Shown: in pieces, positions 24,001 through 34,925 of the stretch
How positions within the stretch are numbered: the first letter of the stretch is position 1
How the letters are laid out: each line of letters opens with the position of its first letter
Source of the DNA: Alloascoidea hylecoeti
Taxonomy: Eukaryota
Length of the DNA: 64,000 nucleotides
Assembly (NCBI GenBank): GCA_001600815.1
Contig: BCKZ01000015.1
Coordinates: 186,001 to 250,000 of the forward strand
Direction of reading: 5' to 3'
Translations under genes and position numbers: made by a program
The notes under the pieces: model-generated
What the model was told of the DNA's origin: nothing
The model's input: the letters and a program-made list of their open reading frames with translations, nothing else
Database searches by the model: none

Positions 24001-24705
24001 AAGTCCCCATCAACGGAATATATTAACTTTTTGACTAATTTGTCAAACATTTCCTGTTCTATATCAAGTTCATAGCATATAGTTTTAATAATAGTATTGT
24101 TATGATGCAGAAAAGCACTTAAACCAAAATATAAATGATGAGTTGCTCGACAGTACTTGAATTCTTTGGTGAGATAAGTTTGTAAAGTTAAATTAGGGAT
24201 TTTCCAATCATTCATCAAAAATTCAATATAATAATTATTGGGCCTTTTTTTGATATTTATTAAACAGTTTTCTTCTACTTTGAAATTATCTGAAATAAAC
24301 GATTTTAAAGGTATTTTAATATTTTTTGCTTCTAAATCTTTTAGGGGTGTATCTGTAGTTGGAACATGTGTGTCATATGGAAGGTTGTCTTCTGATGGAG
24401 TTGATCTTGATATTGTGCGTGGCTTTTGTATCGGATCGTTATCCTCTAATGTATTCATGGGTCTAAATCCAGAATATTTTCGTTTCCTATGGTCGAAAGT
24501 CATAAGATTAGAAGCTTGTTGTTTCATTTCATTTACCAAATTCACATACCTTTTAGAGAATCGACTGCTTTGTTTTACCGGCACATAAGTAGGCTAAAAA
24601 GTTAGTTATAATCGTGTACTTTTATGATTAAATGAAACCAAAATATGGACATACAATTAAAACAATATCCTCGTCCGATCCGGGGTCCTTCGAGTAAGCT
24701 GACAT
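21054..24705 (-). CDS. ULP2: SUMO protease Ulp2-like (peptidase C48); exons 24705-24655, 24593-21054
   Basis: FLNDTVINFFL, FNTFFYEKL, VKRWTSKIDLF, catalytic HWF, ILDSL and QPNFCDCGVY. A central catalytic domain with long flanking tails is Ulp2-like. Intron 24654-24594 (GTATGT..ACTAAC..TAG) joins exon 1 MSAYSKDPGSDEDIVLI in frame. Confidence 0.85.
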
Positions 24706-25572
24706 TTTTGTGTGATCATGGGGAGCTGAAGGTTTTGCCGTTTTATAATAAAACTATTATCTTCAAATTTGAAATTAGTTAACATTAGGTATGGTGTGTT
24801 CTTCCGGAAATAACGTACGAATAGTATCGGGATGTTTACAAGGATATTATATAAAGCATAGTGGAGTCCATAGCATTTAATAGCATTTTACCATTTTCTA
24901 GTATACCATTATTTTTCTTCAACTGATTCAAAAGAATTACTTGATATCACTCTCGCAGAATCTGCGATCCTTGACATTATATAGTTGAAGGGATACGTTT
25001 GGTATCACATTTTATTTTGCAATTGCATGTAGTCATGATTGCCACCAAAGGCAATTGCAATTTCTTGGTGATAGTAATTGAAAAGCTGACTTTATACAGT
25101 GAAGTCACTAAACCTCATTAGATATGGGTATAGCTGCAGAACAAAATCGTCATGCAATACTAATAACATTTCGTGCAATAAAAACTTGAGACGTTGGATA
25201 CACTTGAAATATTAATCATAAATATTTCGAAAGAGAAACAAGAATTTGATAAACTCAAATGGGAAGTTTTCTGCTATGAAAAAATCTTATGATGTCTGTG
25301 CGGGTAGAGAGGACTAGTTCCACTTCTATCTCAAGAAAGACTAGGGAATAGGGATATGTATATGGTACAAGTAATATTGTAGTGTAGAGTCTGTAGACTA
25401 GCTTCAAACATTTGTATTTTGAGTAGGGAGCTAAAGGCTTAAATAGAAAGTCGCAATTTTTGTGAAAATTTGGCATTTGTTAAATGTTTATGTGTATAGT
25501 TGGTAAGTATGAATAATTAATTAAGGGTAGCGATTATATTTTTATCTAACTATTATATGAAAATATTGATAA

Positions 25573-26622
25573 TCAAAATTGATCATGATCATGAGAAATA
25601 GCACTATAATCAATGGTGCTGCAGTAGTATTTCGCAAAGTTGCCAATTTTATCTATAGGACGAAATTTGGACATAGATTTCAAAGAAGCTACGAATTTAC
25701 AAAGAATTTTCGTATCCATTGAGAATAGTCGATCACATTCATCATCAGTTATTAAACTTTCAATGAGTAATGGACTTAAGTAAATTGCCATTTCTTCTTT
25801 CAATTCTAGGTTGAATTTATATTCTTCTTTCATCAAAATAACCGAATTATAATTGTAATTGTCCTCGTTATTATGAAGCGAGGGGGATAATATACCATTA
25901 GCGCTAGCATCTATCTGAGGAGTGGAACGTTCATCCACTTGTTGTCTTTTATTTTGATGATTGTAAGCATTTTTTTCATCATAATTATTAGAGGGGATAA
26001 CTAAAGTGTTATTGTTCTGATCTTTTGCTGATAATTGTAAAGATTCTTTATCTTTATATTTATAAATACCATCAAATATTTCATATGTTTTAACACAACT
26101 CCTTTTAAAAAATAAGTATTTCCTCTTGCTTCGTTGTTTTGACCAATGGTCCCAGGTTGTGTCAGAAATCTTTAAATACTTTTGGTCGGTCAACCCTCCA
26201 CATTCAGGTTGGTTTCTAATACAATGATATATTTTCCACCTTCTATAGGTCTAAAAGAAAAGGAAGTTAAAAATGCAATCCCAATTGGTCATAATGATGT
26301 ACACACATTATGGTATGCAAATGTATCGACTTACCTCAGTGTCTAAGTTCCTTACTCTCGTTAAGGTAACATCTGGATAAGTTTGTTGTAGATCATCAGT
26401 AATAAATTGAAATATAGCCTTTTTCTTTCTCTTTCCTTCTTTCCAATAACGCGAGTATAAGTCTGCGAAAGCGTCTTTCATCTCCTCAGTCCAAAGGAAC
26501 TTATCTTTATGCGAAGTTGAGAAAGGATAAGGAGAGGAAGGAGAAGGAGAGTATCCATCCAGATTCATTCCATTAGAATTATGGAAATCTACAGAAACAC
26601 CATTGAAGTTATCCATTGTCAT
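25573..26622 (-). CDS. Myb/SANT-like DNA-binding protein (Myb_DNA-bind_3 / Harbinger ORF1 type), about 321 aa; exons 26622-26335, 26250-25573
   Basis: Two ORF-track fragments join in frame via intron 26334-26251 (GTAAGT..TTAAC..TAG), giving FLWTEEMKDAF..YW..G....F..I...L...YPDVTLTRVRN....YRRWK.Y..I.....G......I....WD.W. Confidence 0.7.
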
Positions 26623-27399
26623 ATGTATGAGTAAACGAAAATAACGTTAACGTTTTGTTTAATCCTGTGGGTTTCCGTTTAAAATTTCGAATATTGGTAT
26701 GGGCAAGGATGACAGAAAGTTGTCGATTTTCGTTGGGAATAAAAGTGTTCATGCAAGAAATTTTACATGTGCATGACTTTAGAGTCACGAATATACTTCC
26801 ACCTGCACGAAAATCAATTTTAAACATCAAATTTATTACCGGTATTAACTTAATCTTTTGATCGATATCTTTTGTTATCTTTTGTTATCTTCGACAGATC
26901 AAATACACCATGTCAGGACTTAATAACCCCATGTACTCCGTACTACTGAGTCCGTAGCTAAAGTACATGCACCATACAAATAAAACGGATATTAATGCAA
27001 TTAAAAATTATAAGTTGGCTGATTTAAAAAAAGCAATAACAAGAACAGTTTAACGAAATATAAAACAAACAATGATATTTAATTTATACCAAAAATTTAA
27101 AATAAAACATATACCATCAAACCAACCGATGCAATTGCGATTGTATGAATATATATAAAACTATTAGCTATTAATAACTTTCATTTTCTTCGTTATATAT
27201 AAAGGGAACAACGCTTAAAAAAAGAAAGTTTCCTATTAAAACTTCAAATGTTGATCTTAAATTTTTGATCTTGAATTCAAATGGAATGAAACTAATACTT
27301 GATATGATTTAATCATATTTTTTTGCTATTGATGTATGCTTTTTAAACAAAAGAAAGAAGGGGTGGTGTGATCCACCAAAAAAAAAAAAAAAAAAAGCT

Positions 27400-28722
27400 T
27401 TAATTGAGTTGTTTACCATTGGATTGCTTAATGCTTGTTGGAATTTTTATTTTTCTAGCCATAGGAGGTTCTTCAGATTGTGGACTTTGAAATATCTCAT
27501 ATTCTTCTTCTTCGTTATCTTTTTCTGATTGCGATGGAGATTGAGAATCAGAGTTATTATTATCATTATCCCGATCATCATCATTATCATATATATCTAA
27601 AAATGGATTAAAAGGAACCGGTGAATATTCAGAGTCTTTATCTCTGACACGATTCACCCAAACTTTGGCCTTTTCTAAAAATGTGGAGCCATTCCTACCA
27701 TTTGTAGAATGTGATGGAGAACCAGTATAATTTTCTGCAAATTCGGAAGCAGGTGAAGTAAGACCATCTTTTAAAGAGAATAATGATGAAGTACTACCAT
27801 TACGGCTATTCCTAGAATTTTTCAACTTCAATCTTAATTGGTTATTATTAATAATAGTTTTTCTCAATAATTCACGAACTTCAGAATATAAATCTCTTGA
27901 CATATCATTCATATTATTTTTAGCCCAATAACCTCTAAAATCAGAAATATGTTTTTTGAAATCTAATTCATTTTTTTTCAACCATGATACATTTAATTCT
28001 TTTCTAGTTGCACCCCGTGCAAAATTCCTCATTAAATATTTGTCATAATCTCTAATGATTTTAGTTATAATATCTGAAGTTGATATACCATCAGTTCTTT
28101 GGGTTGTTAAAAACATTCCAGCTTTTTTAATAGGTTCATAAATATCACCAGAATCACCAGATGCATATGGTATATCATCATGGGCGACGTAATCGATATT
28201 GTGTTCCTTTAAGAATTCGGGGGTAACACACCAGGGGGCATTTGGTATGACTTCATCAACCCATTTACAATGATTTAAAGTTTCACATCGCTGAACATCA
28301 GTTAAGACGGTGAGACCTTTTTTGGAATGAGTATCTTCATCACTTGGGATACCACATACCAAAGTAACATTAGGTAAAGCTTTTTTTGATTGTTCTAATT
28401 GACGCATATGACCCAGATGAAACAAGTCAAAAACACCATCAGCATAAATTCTTATTGCCCTATCAGTTGGAGGGTTATTAAAAGGGAACCCACGGGGTCT
28501 ATATTTTCTATATTCTGGTAAAACATGTGAGTCTAGTTCATCTTCCAATTCTCTAAATTCGATTTGATCGTCGCTCAGCTTAGTCTGTTGCTTCTTATGC
28601 GGGAGTTCATTCTCATTCTCAACATCATTTTCTAGAGAGCCATTTGAAGTATCTTCCTTGTCATAGACATTATCTGACACGTCCGAGTCTTCAGAATGAA
28701 GACGTTTTCTTGACGGGGACAT
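27400..28722 (-). CDS. PCT1: Choline-phosphate cytidylyltransferase
   Basis: RIYADGVFDLFHLGHMRQLEQ (HxGH), CKWVDEVIPNAPW, IDYVAHDDIPY and RTDGISTSDIITKIIRDYD. Confidence 0.95.
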   Translation of the reverse strand: MSPSRKRLHSEDSDVSDNVYDKEDTSNGSLENDVENENELPHKKQQTKLSDDQIEFRELEDELDSHVLPEYRKYRPRGFPFNNPPTDRAIRIYADGVFDLFHLGHMRQLEQSKKALPNVTLVCGIPSDEDTHSKKGLTVLTDVQRCETLNHCKWVDEVIPNAPWCVTPEFLKEHNIDYVAHDDIPYASGDSGDIYEPIKKAGMFLTTQRTDGISTSDIITKIIRDYDKYLMRNFARGATRKELNVSWLKKNELDFKKHISDFRGYWAKNNMNDMSRDLYSEVRELLRKTIINNNQLRLKLKNSRNSRNGSTSSLFSLKDGLTSPASEFAENYTGSPSHSTNGRNGSTFLEKAKVWVNRVRDKDSEYSPVPFNPFLDIYDNDDDRDNDNNNSDSQSPSQSEKDNEEEEYEIFQSPQSEEPPMARKIKIPTSIKQSNGKQLN

Positions 28723-28956
28723 AATTAGTATGAATGGTGGAAATGTATACGTAGAGGTTGATTATTCAAACTAAATGAAGGCAGGGTAGCTCATATAATT
28801 TAAAAACGGAAATAACAATAAATGGAAGCTTAACTTAAAATACTCAATTAACCACATCATCACGTGATGCGGACATGCCAAAGTTTCAAGAATTGTGATC
28901 GATCAGTTAATCAAAATTAGATTTCATCTCCAACCTTCAACTGCAATTTCAAGTCG

Positions 28957-30717
28957 ATGGAATCGCAGGTCGATCTAGGAGAGTATATTTTCACACGCCT
29001 GAAGCAAATTGGGGTCCGCTCGGCGTTTGGCGTACCAGGAGAATCGAACCTACGATTGTTGGATTATCTTTATGGGAACAGAGGCCTAGGCATTAGTTGG
29101 ATTGGCTGTTGTAACGAACTAAATGCGGCATATGCAGCCGATGGATATGGTCGAGTAAGAGGGATCCCTGGGATCTTGATCACAACCTATGGTGTTGGTG
29201 AATTATCTGCTCTAAATGGAATATCCGGTGCCTTTGCCGAGCATTCGCCTATTTTACATATTGTTGGGACGCCAGCTTCAGCAGCAACAGCGGCTTCCAA
29301 TCTACACGGCCTGCCCGGACGAGGGAGAGAACGACCCAGTATCGATGCCTATTTTGCGATGTCCGCTCCGGTTCGCTGTGCTTGTGCTGTGTTGAACTAC
29401 ACGACTCTATCAAGTGCACCGGATCTGATCGACTCCACCATTTTGGAGTGTTGGAAAAGATCACAACCGGCCTACTTATATGTTCCTTCGGACCTTCCTG
29501 CTTTAAAAGTATCCGGTAAAAACTTACAATCCCCACTCCAATTGACGATTAATAACGACAAACCTGGGCTAGATGCCCAGATCTTAGATGAAATACTAAA
29601 ACTTATTTATTCTTCTACAACTCCAATATTCATAGTGGATACCCTGGCTGAAAGGCACAGAGCGACTTCCCTGGTTCGAAAGTTGGTCAACAAAACAAGA
29701 TTCAATGCTTTCACTACTCTACTGGGTAAAGGTATCATTGATGAAACCAATCCATCTTTCGTAGGAGTTTATAATGGCTCTTTGTCTCTACCTGGTATTA
29801 AAGAAACTGTATTGTCTTCAGATTTAATCATTAACATTGGCCCTTTATTATCCCCTGAGACTATTACTAATACTAGTACGGATAACACGATTGCTGCTAC
29901 CGTCACCTTACATCCTGATTATATATCCATCAATTCTACACATTATGATAATGTTCATTTCATCCCCATCTTATCCGCTCTATTAAGTGATATAGATATC
30001 TCCCGTTTACCCCGTCATACTTTAAAACCTTCAATTGCTCCACCCCCCGCAATCCCTTCGAAAGCTGACATATCCCAATCTTATTTTGTCGAGGCAATTT
30101 CAAACTTCTTAATGCCAAATGATATATTTGTCGTTGAGACAGGTACTTTCCAATACTCCTTACCTGATGTTAAATTTAAGAAGAATACAAAATCAATCAC
30201 TCAATTTTTCTTCTCTTCAATTGGATTTGCATTACCTGCCACTTTAGGTGTATCCATTGCAAATCATGAAACAAACGGGAAAGGTAGAGTGATATTAGTC
30301 GAAGGTGATGGTTCTGCACAAATGACCATTCAAGAATTAGGTACAATGATAAAATTAGGGTTAACTCCTACTATTTTTTTAATCAATAACGATGGATATA
30401 GTATGGAAAGAGCACATTCTCATTGGGATCCTGAAATGCCTTATAATAATATATGTCCAAAATGGAAATGGACCGAGTTATTAAGTGCTTTTGGAGGCGA
30501 TGATGGTATTAATATTTTTTCAGTCACTATAAAAACTAAAAATGAATTAGATTCACTATTATCTAATGATAATGAATTTTTAAAATCAAATAAAATTCAA
30601 TTAATTGAAATAGTTATGGATGTTTTGGATATACCTTGGAGATTATCTGAAGAAGTTAAATTGCAAGCTGATAAGGATACTCAATTATATAAAGAATTTA
30701 TAAATAGTGTCAAGTAA
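28957..30717 (+). CDS. ThDP-dependent 2-oxo-acid decarboxylase family protein, Aro10/Pdc-like, with altered active-site residues
   Basis: CNELNAAYAADGY, ITTYGVGELSALNG and the ThDP motif GDGSAQMTIQE..INNDGY. N-terminal features are closest to Aro10. Confidence 0.9.
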   Translation: MESQVDLGEYIFTRLKQIGVRSAFGVPGESNLRLLDYLYGNRGLGISWIGCCNELNAAYAADGYGRVRGIPGILITTYGVGELSALNGISGAFAEHSPILHIVGTPASAATAASNLHGLPGRGRERPSIDAYFAMSAPVRCACAVLNYTTLSSAPDLIDSTILECWKRSQPAYLYVPSDLPALKVSGKNLQSPLQLTINNDKPGLDAQILDEILKLIYSSTTPIFIVDTLAERHRATSLVRKLVNKTRFNAFTTLLGKGIIDETNPSFVGVYNGSLSLPGIKETVLSSDLIINIGPLLSPETITNTSTDNTIAATVTLHPDYISINSTHYDNVHFIPILSALLSDIDISRLPRHTLKPSIAPPPAIPSKADISQSYFVEAISNFLMPNDIFVVETGTFQYSLPDVKFKKNTKSITQFFFSSIGFALPATLGVSIANHETNGKGRVILVEGDGSAQMTIQELGTMIKLGLTPTIFLINNDGYSMERAHSHWDPEMPYNNICPKWKWTELLSAFGGDDGINIFSVTIKTKNELDSLLSNDNEFLKSNKIQLIEIVMDVLDIPWRLSEEVKLQADKDTQLYKEFINSVK

Positions 30718-30872
30718 TATGACTGTCTATAATTAGTTAATATGTCAATATCAAATTTAAATATGGGCATTTGCTAAGAAGTACCATGCTCAAACTTAAA
30801 CTCCCAACACCTTTGTTATTTTGTTCAGTTTTCAGATTAAGTTTCTAAGATTTCATAAGTTAATATAATAAA

Positions 30873-33800
30873 ATGGATTCTGCTTTCAGTGCTCTTAAAT
30901 CAGGCTCAAAGAGCTTAGCTAAGAAAGGGAAGGAAATGAAGCAAAATGGAAGTTATAAACCTTCTTCATTTTCAATGGGTGGTGATGGGAATAATGGTTA
31001 GTACACTATATTAAGAATTTCAAATTTGATACTTGTCATCTAAAAGTTATTGTTAACACATATTTATTTAGATGAGACCTCCGCATCCATACAGGCTAGG
31101 CCTTTATCTGCATTAACCGACCCAAAAGCATTCCCTGCCCCTCCTAGGCACGGTGGTGGTGGGAGTGTTTCTGGGTTTAGTCCCGCAGTTCAACCACAAC
31201 CATCTGCTCCCGAGTATCAATATCAATATCAGCAGCAAGCTCAAGCTCCCCCACCAGCTCAACCAATCCAGCCAAGTCTTCCAGCTAGGAATTATAAACA
31301 ACAGCCTCAACCTCCATCTCAACCTCAACCTCAATATGAATATCAACAAACTCAACCCCAGCCTACTACTTATCAGCAGCCACCCGTGTACGGACAACCC
31401 GCTCAATCACAACCGGCTATGTATCAACAACCCGTAGTATATGAACAGCCCAATTTTCAAAATCCTCCTCCTCCACCTCCAAGGGCAACTGAGGCTCAAT
31501 CTTATAATCCTCCGGCAGCTCAAGTTCCACAACCGGGTGAACAACTCGGATATTCGAATCCGTATTATTCAGCTCCTCCTCAGCAGCAAGAAGTCAACCC
31601 TCAATTGGGGCAACAACCCCCGGCAAATCAATCCATCGAAGATAGAGCAGTTAATCGTCTGCAACCTGCTATTCACAATACTGTACAGAATGCTACCCAG
31701 GCTGCCGTGACACAAAGTATATCCTCGGTGTTTAACCGCAATCCACAGCAGCAACAATTGGCTCAGCCTATTCAACAACCTATTCAGCAGTCTCAAATTC
31801 AGACTATGGGACAACCTGTTGCTAATCAATCATTTGAAACTAGACTTGCCAATAGATTGCAACCCACAATGCAAAATGCAGTTCAAGCTGGTGCACAGGC
31901 AGCTGTGAAACAGGGCATTTCATCAGCATTTAACAGAAACCCACCGCAAAATGCTGCTCAAATAACTAGTACTCCTGTTGTAGAACAAACTATCGGCGCC
32001 TCTCCAAGCATTCCGGCAAGAAATTATTATGCTACTAGTCAAGTAAATGGATATGAACCCCCAACTACATCTTTGTATCAACCTCCTATCACATCGGCTT
32101 CTCCAGCATTTCAGCAGACTGGCTATCAATCTCCAGTTGCTCCTAACCCGAATCTTCAAGCTCCTTCTTCGTTTGCCCCACCTCCAGTATATCCAGAGCC
32201 AGTAAGTTCACAATTGAGCGGATATTCTACAAATTACACAACTGCTCAATCTACAACTCCAAGTTTTTCTGCTCCAGTATCTGTTGGACCACCAACTTTA
32301 CCTAATAGGGTAGGTTCGTCTGAGGCACCAATCTCCGAAAAGCCAAAACCAAGTCTTCCGGATCCCTCAACATTTGCTCCTCCTCCTATTTATCGTGGAC
32401 CGGCTAGGATATCTCAAATTGAAACCCCTAAATCCAACCGTGATTCTGTTTCTCATTCAAAATATGGCTCCCCATCTCCCAATCCATCACCGTCACCACC
32501 ACCTGCAGCTGGACCAGTTAGAGTCCCACATTTGCCCCAAAGAAAAACAGGAAATGCTCTAAATACTACAAAATTTGATCCCGATGCATTTGCGCCTCCT
32601 CCTGGAATGCCCGATTATCGTAAGAAAGAAAAAGCACAAAATAATCCAGAAAATACTGCTCCGCCGTCTTATTCACCATCTTTGAATTCATCACATGCTG
32701 CATCTCCAGCTAGGGCCTCAATTGATAGCTTTGCACCACCACCAAGGAGAATACCAATTCCTAAGAAGCATGATGTTGGAAGACCCATATATCATGAAAC
32801 GACTACTGATGACTCGGCTGGTGATGATACTTCATACCCAACACTTACGTTACAATCATTAGATGACGAAGAAATGGCACCACCACCAATGCCCACAAGG
32901 CCAATGCCGGGAAATCTCAACAATGTTAGTGCTACTGTTAATGTTCCACCATCCAATATATCTAACATTGATAATGGTGCAACCCCTCCTCCTATGCCTG
33001 TTCGTCCAAATGTATGTGACGATGTGACTAACAAACGTATATCTAAAAGTTACATTTCTAATGAAGGGACAAAACCTATTGTGAAACCCAAACCTAAACC
33101 ACCAGCTTTAAAACCTAAGCCTTCTATAAAACGCAAATCAAATATAGGTACTGGTTCCAATTTTAATGATTCTGATGAAATGACTTCTGAGCTTAATACA
33201 AAACTAAGAAAAGCTAGAATGTTCGAAGATCAAGATCAAGATCAAAGTCAAAATCAAAATCAAAATGTATTAAACCGTCACCAGGATTTTGATAACATTT
33301 CAAGTGGTATGAGCTCAGAACTAGAGGCCAAACTACAAAAGGCAAGAGCAAGAGAGACCGGAAATGAAAATGCACCGAAAAAAGAGAACCATCACCATAC
33401 AACATCGTATATACCAAACAATGAGTCTAATGATATCGGGTTAGAGCTGGCAGCAAAATTGAAAAAAGCTAGAGCCTTTGAAACTAAAACCAAACCCGAA
33501 ACTGAATTTAAGTCAATACCAGTGAAATCAAATTTAAATCATTTCTCATCATATTCGGAAAGTTACGTTACACCACCCACATTAATAAAATCGAAGCCAA
33601 AGCCAAAACCAAAACCACGCATTTATGATTCCTCTATAATTTCTAAGGTACATCCTGATATAAATAGTACCAGTTCTCCAGCCGATAATGGAGTGAGTTC
33701 AGAATTAGCTTCAGCCTTTTCAAGGTTAAAAACTGCCGAAAATTTCGAGACAGATGCTCCATCTTTTGGTTCACCACATAGAAATAATTCAGTTAAACCC

Positions 33801-34925
33801 AACCGTTATTCTCAAGGATACTCGCCTTCCCCTGGACAGAAACCAAAACCTCCCGTCCCTAAAAGGAACAATCATGCTGTGCCGATATCTAATAATGATC
33901 AGTCATATTCATCTAAGACAAAGTCGTCACCTCTTCCCCCGCCAACCAAGCAACAAAGTTCTGGAGCCATACCTCCTCCACCCCCACCAAGACATTCAAA
34001 TATTTATTCACACGATGCAGATACTACTTCAACTTTAAATTCAGCTGGACCACCTCCACCCATAAACAAGAGTACAAAACCAGTTTCTAATAAAGGTGCT
34101 AAACCCCAACCTCCACCATCAAGAGCAGCAAAGTGGCGTCCAATGGAGCTTGATCTAGACTTAGGAAGTGGCTGGTTTGCGGTAGAAGGCAATTCATGCG
34201 CCTTGCCATCGTCATTACAAGAAGTAACCTCAAAATATCTCTTGTCGTATGGTTACAAAAATGAGGAAGCCTTCCTTATTTTAGCATTACAAATCAAAGA
34301 TTTATCACAAGCTAAACTAATCCTAAGATGGACACGTGGTGATCCGAGCAGTGTTACAGTTGAAAGGCATGACAATCCGCCACCTGAATCACCAAATACA
34401 GAAGAGTTAAATAATTCGTGGAATGAATTTGGTAATTATATTGCTAGTTGGGCTGAAAAGAAATTAGGCCGACAAGTTGGTGATGGAGAATGTTGGACAT
34501 TAGCAGCTGACGCCATCGATAAGGGATGTGGGCATTATGCAATGAGACCTGTGGGATATAAACATGGAGCTTTAATTTATCAGGTTCGTTCTGAAAATGG
34601 CCGAATATTAGTTGATGTACCTTTAAAAGTTGAAGTTAAACGTGGAGATATAATCCAATTTACATCAGCAATTTTTAAAGATGGGAACATGACTATAACA
34701 ATGGGTTCACCGAATCATACGAGTATAGTTACCTCTTTAAACAATCAACAATCAGTTTCTGGGGATCCATGGCGTGATACCATTGAGGTTGTAGAGCAGA
34801 ACGTAGGTGGAATAAAAGTTGTGAAGAGAGGTCAGGTTAACATTAAATGTTTAACTGCTGGAAAAATTGAAATATTTAGGGCAATGCCGAAAAGTTGGAT
34901 ACATGAACTTGACACAAATATTTAA
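30873..34925 (+). CDS. Pro/Gln-rich actin-patch protein with C-terminal Aim3/Bbc1 cysteine-proteinase-fold domain; exons 30873-30996, 31072-34925
   Basis: Exon 1 MDSAFSALKSG joins via intron 30997-31071 (GTTAGT..GTTAAC..TAG). Repeated DPxxFxPPP motifs (Aim3-like) and C-terminal QVGDGECWTLA..GDIIQF..NHTSIV..EQN. Confidence 0.75.

Noticed and set aside
25105..25117. TCACTAAACCTCA as the primary telomerase template
   Set aside because: It overlaps its own hairpin, gives a repeat without GGG, and the region lacks the extensive nested 5'-3' pairing seen at 5820-6578. Kept only as a fallback.
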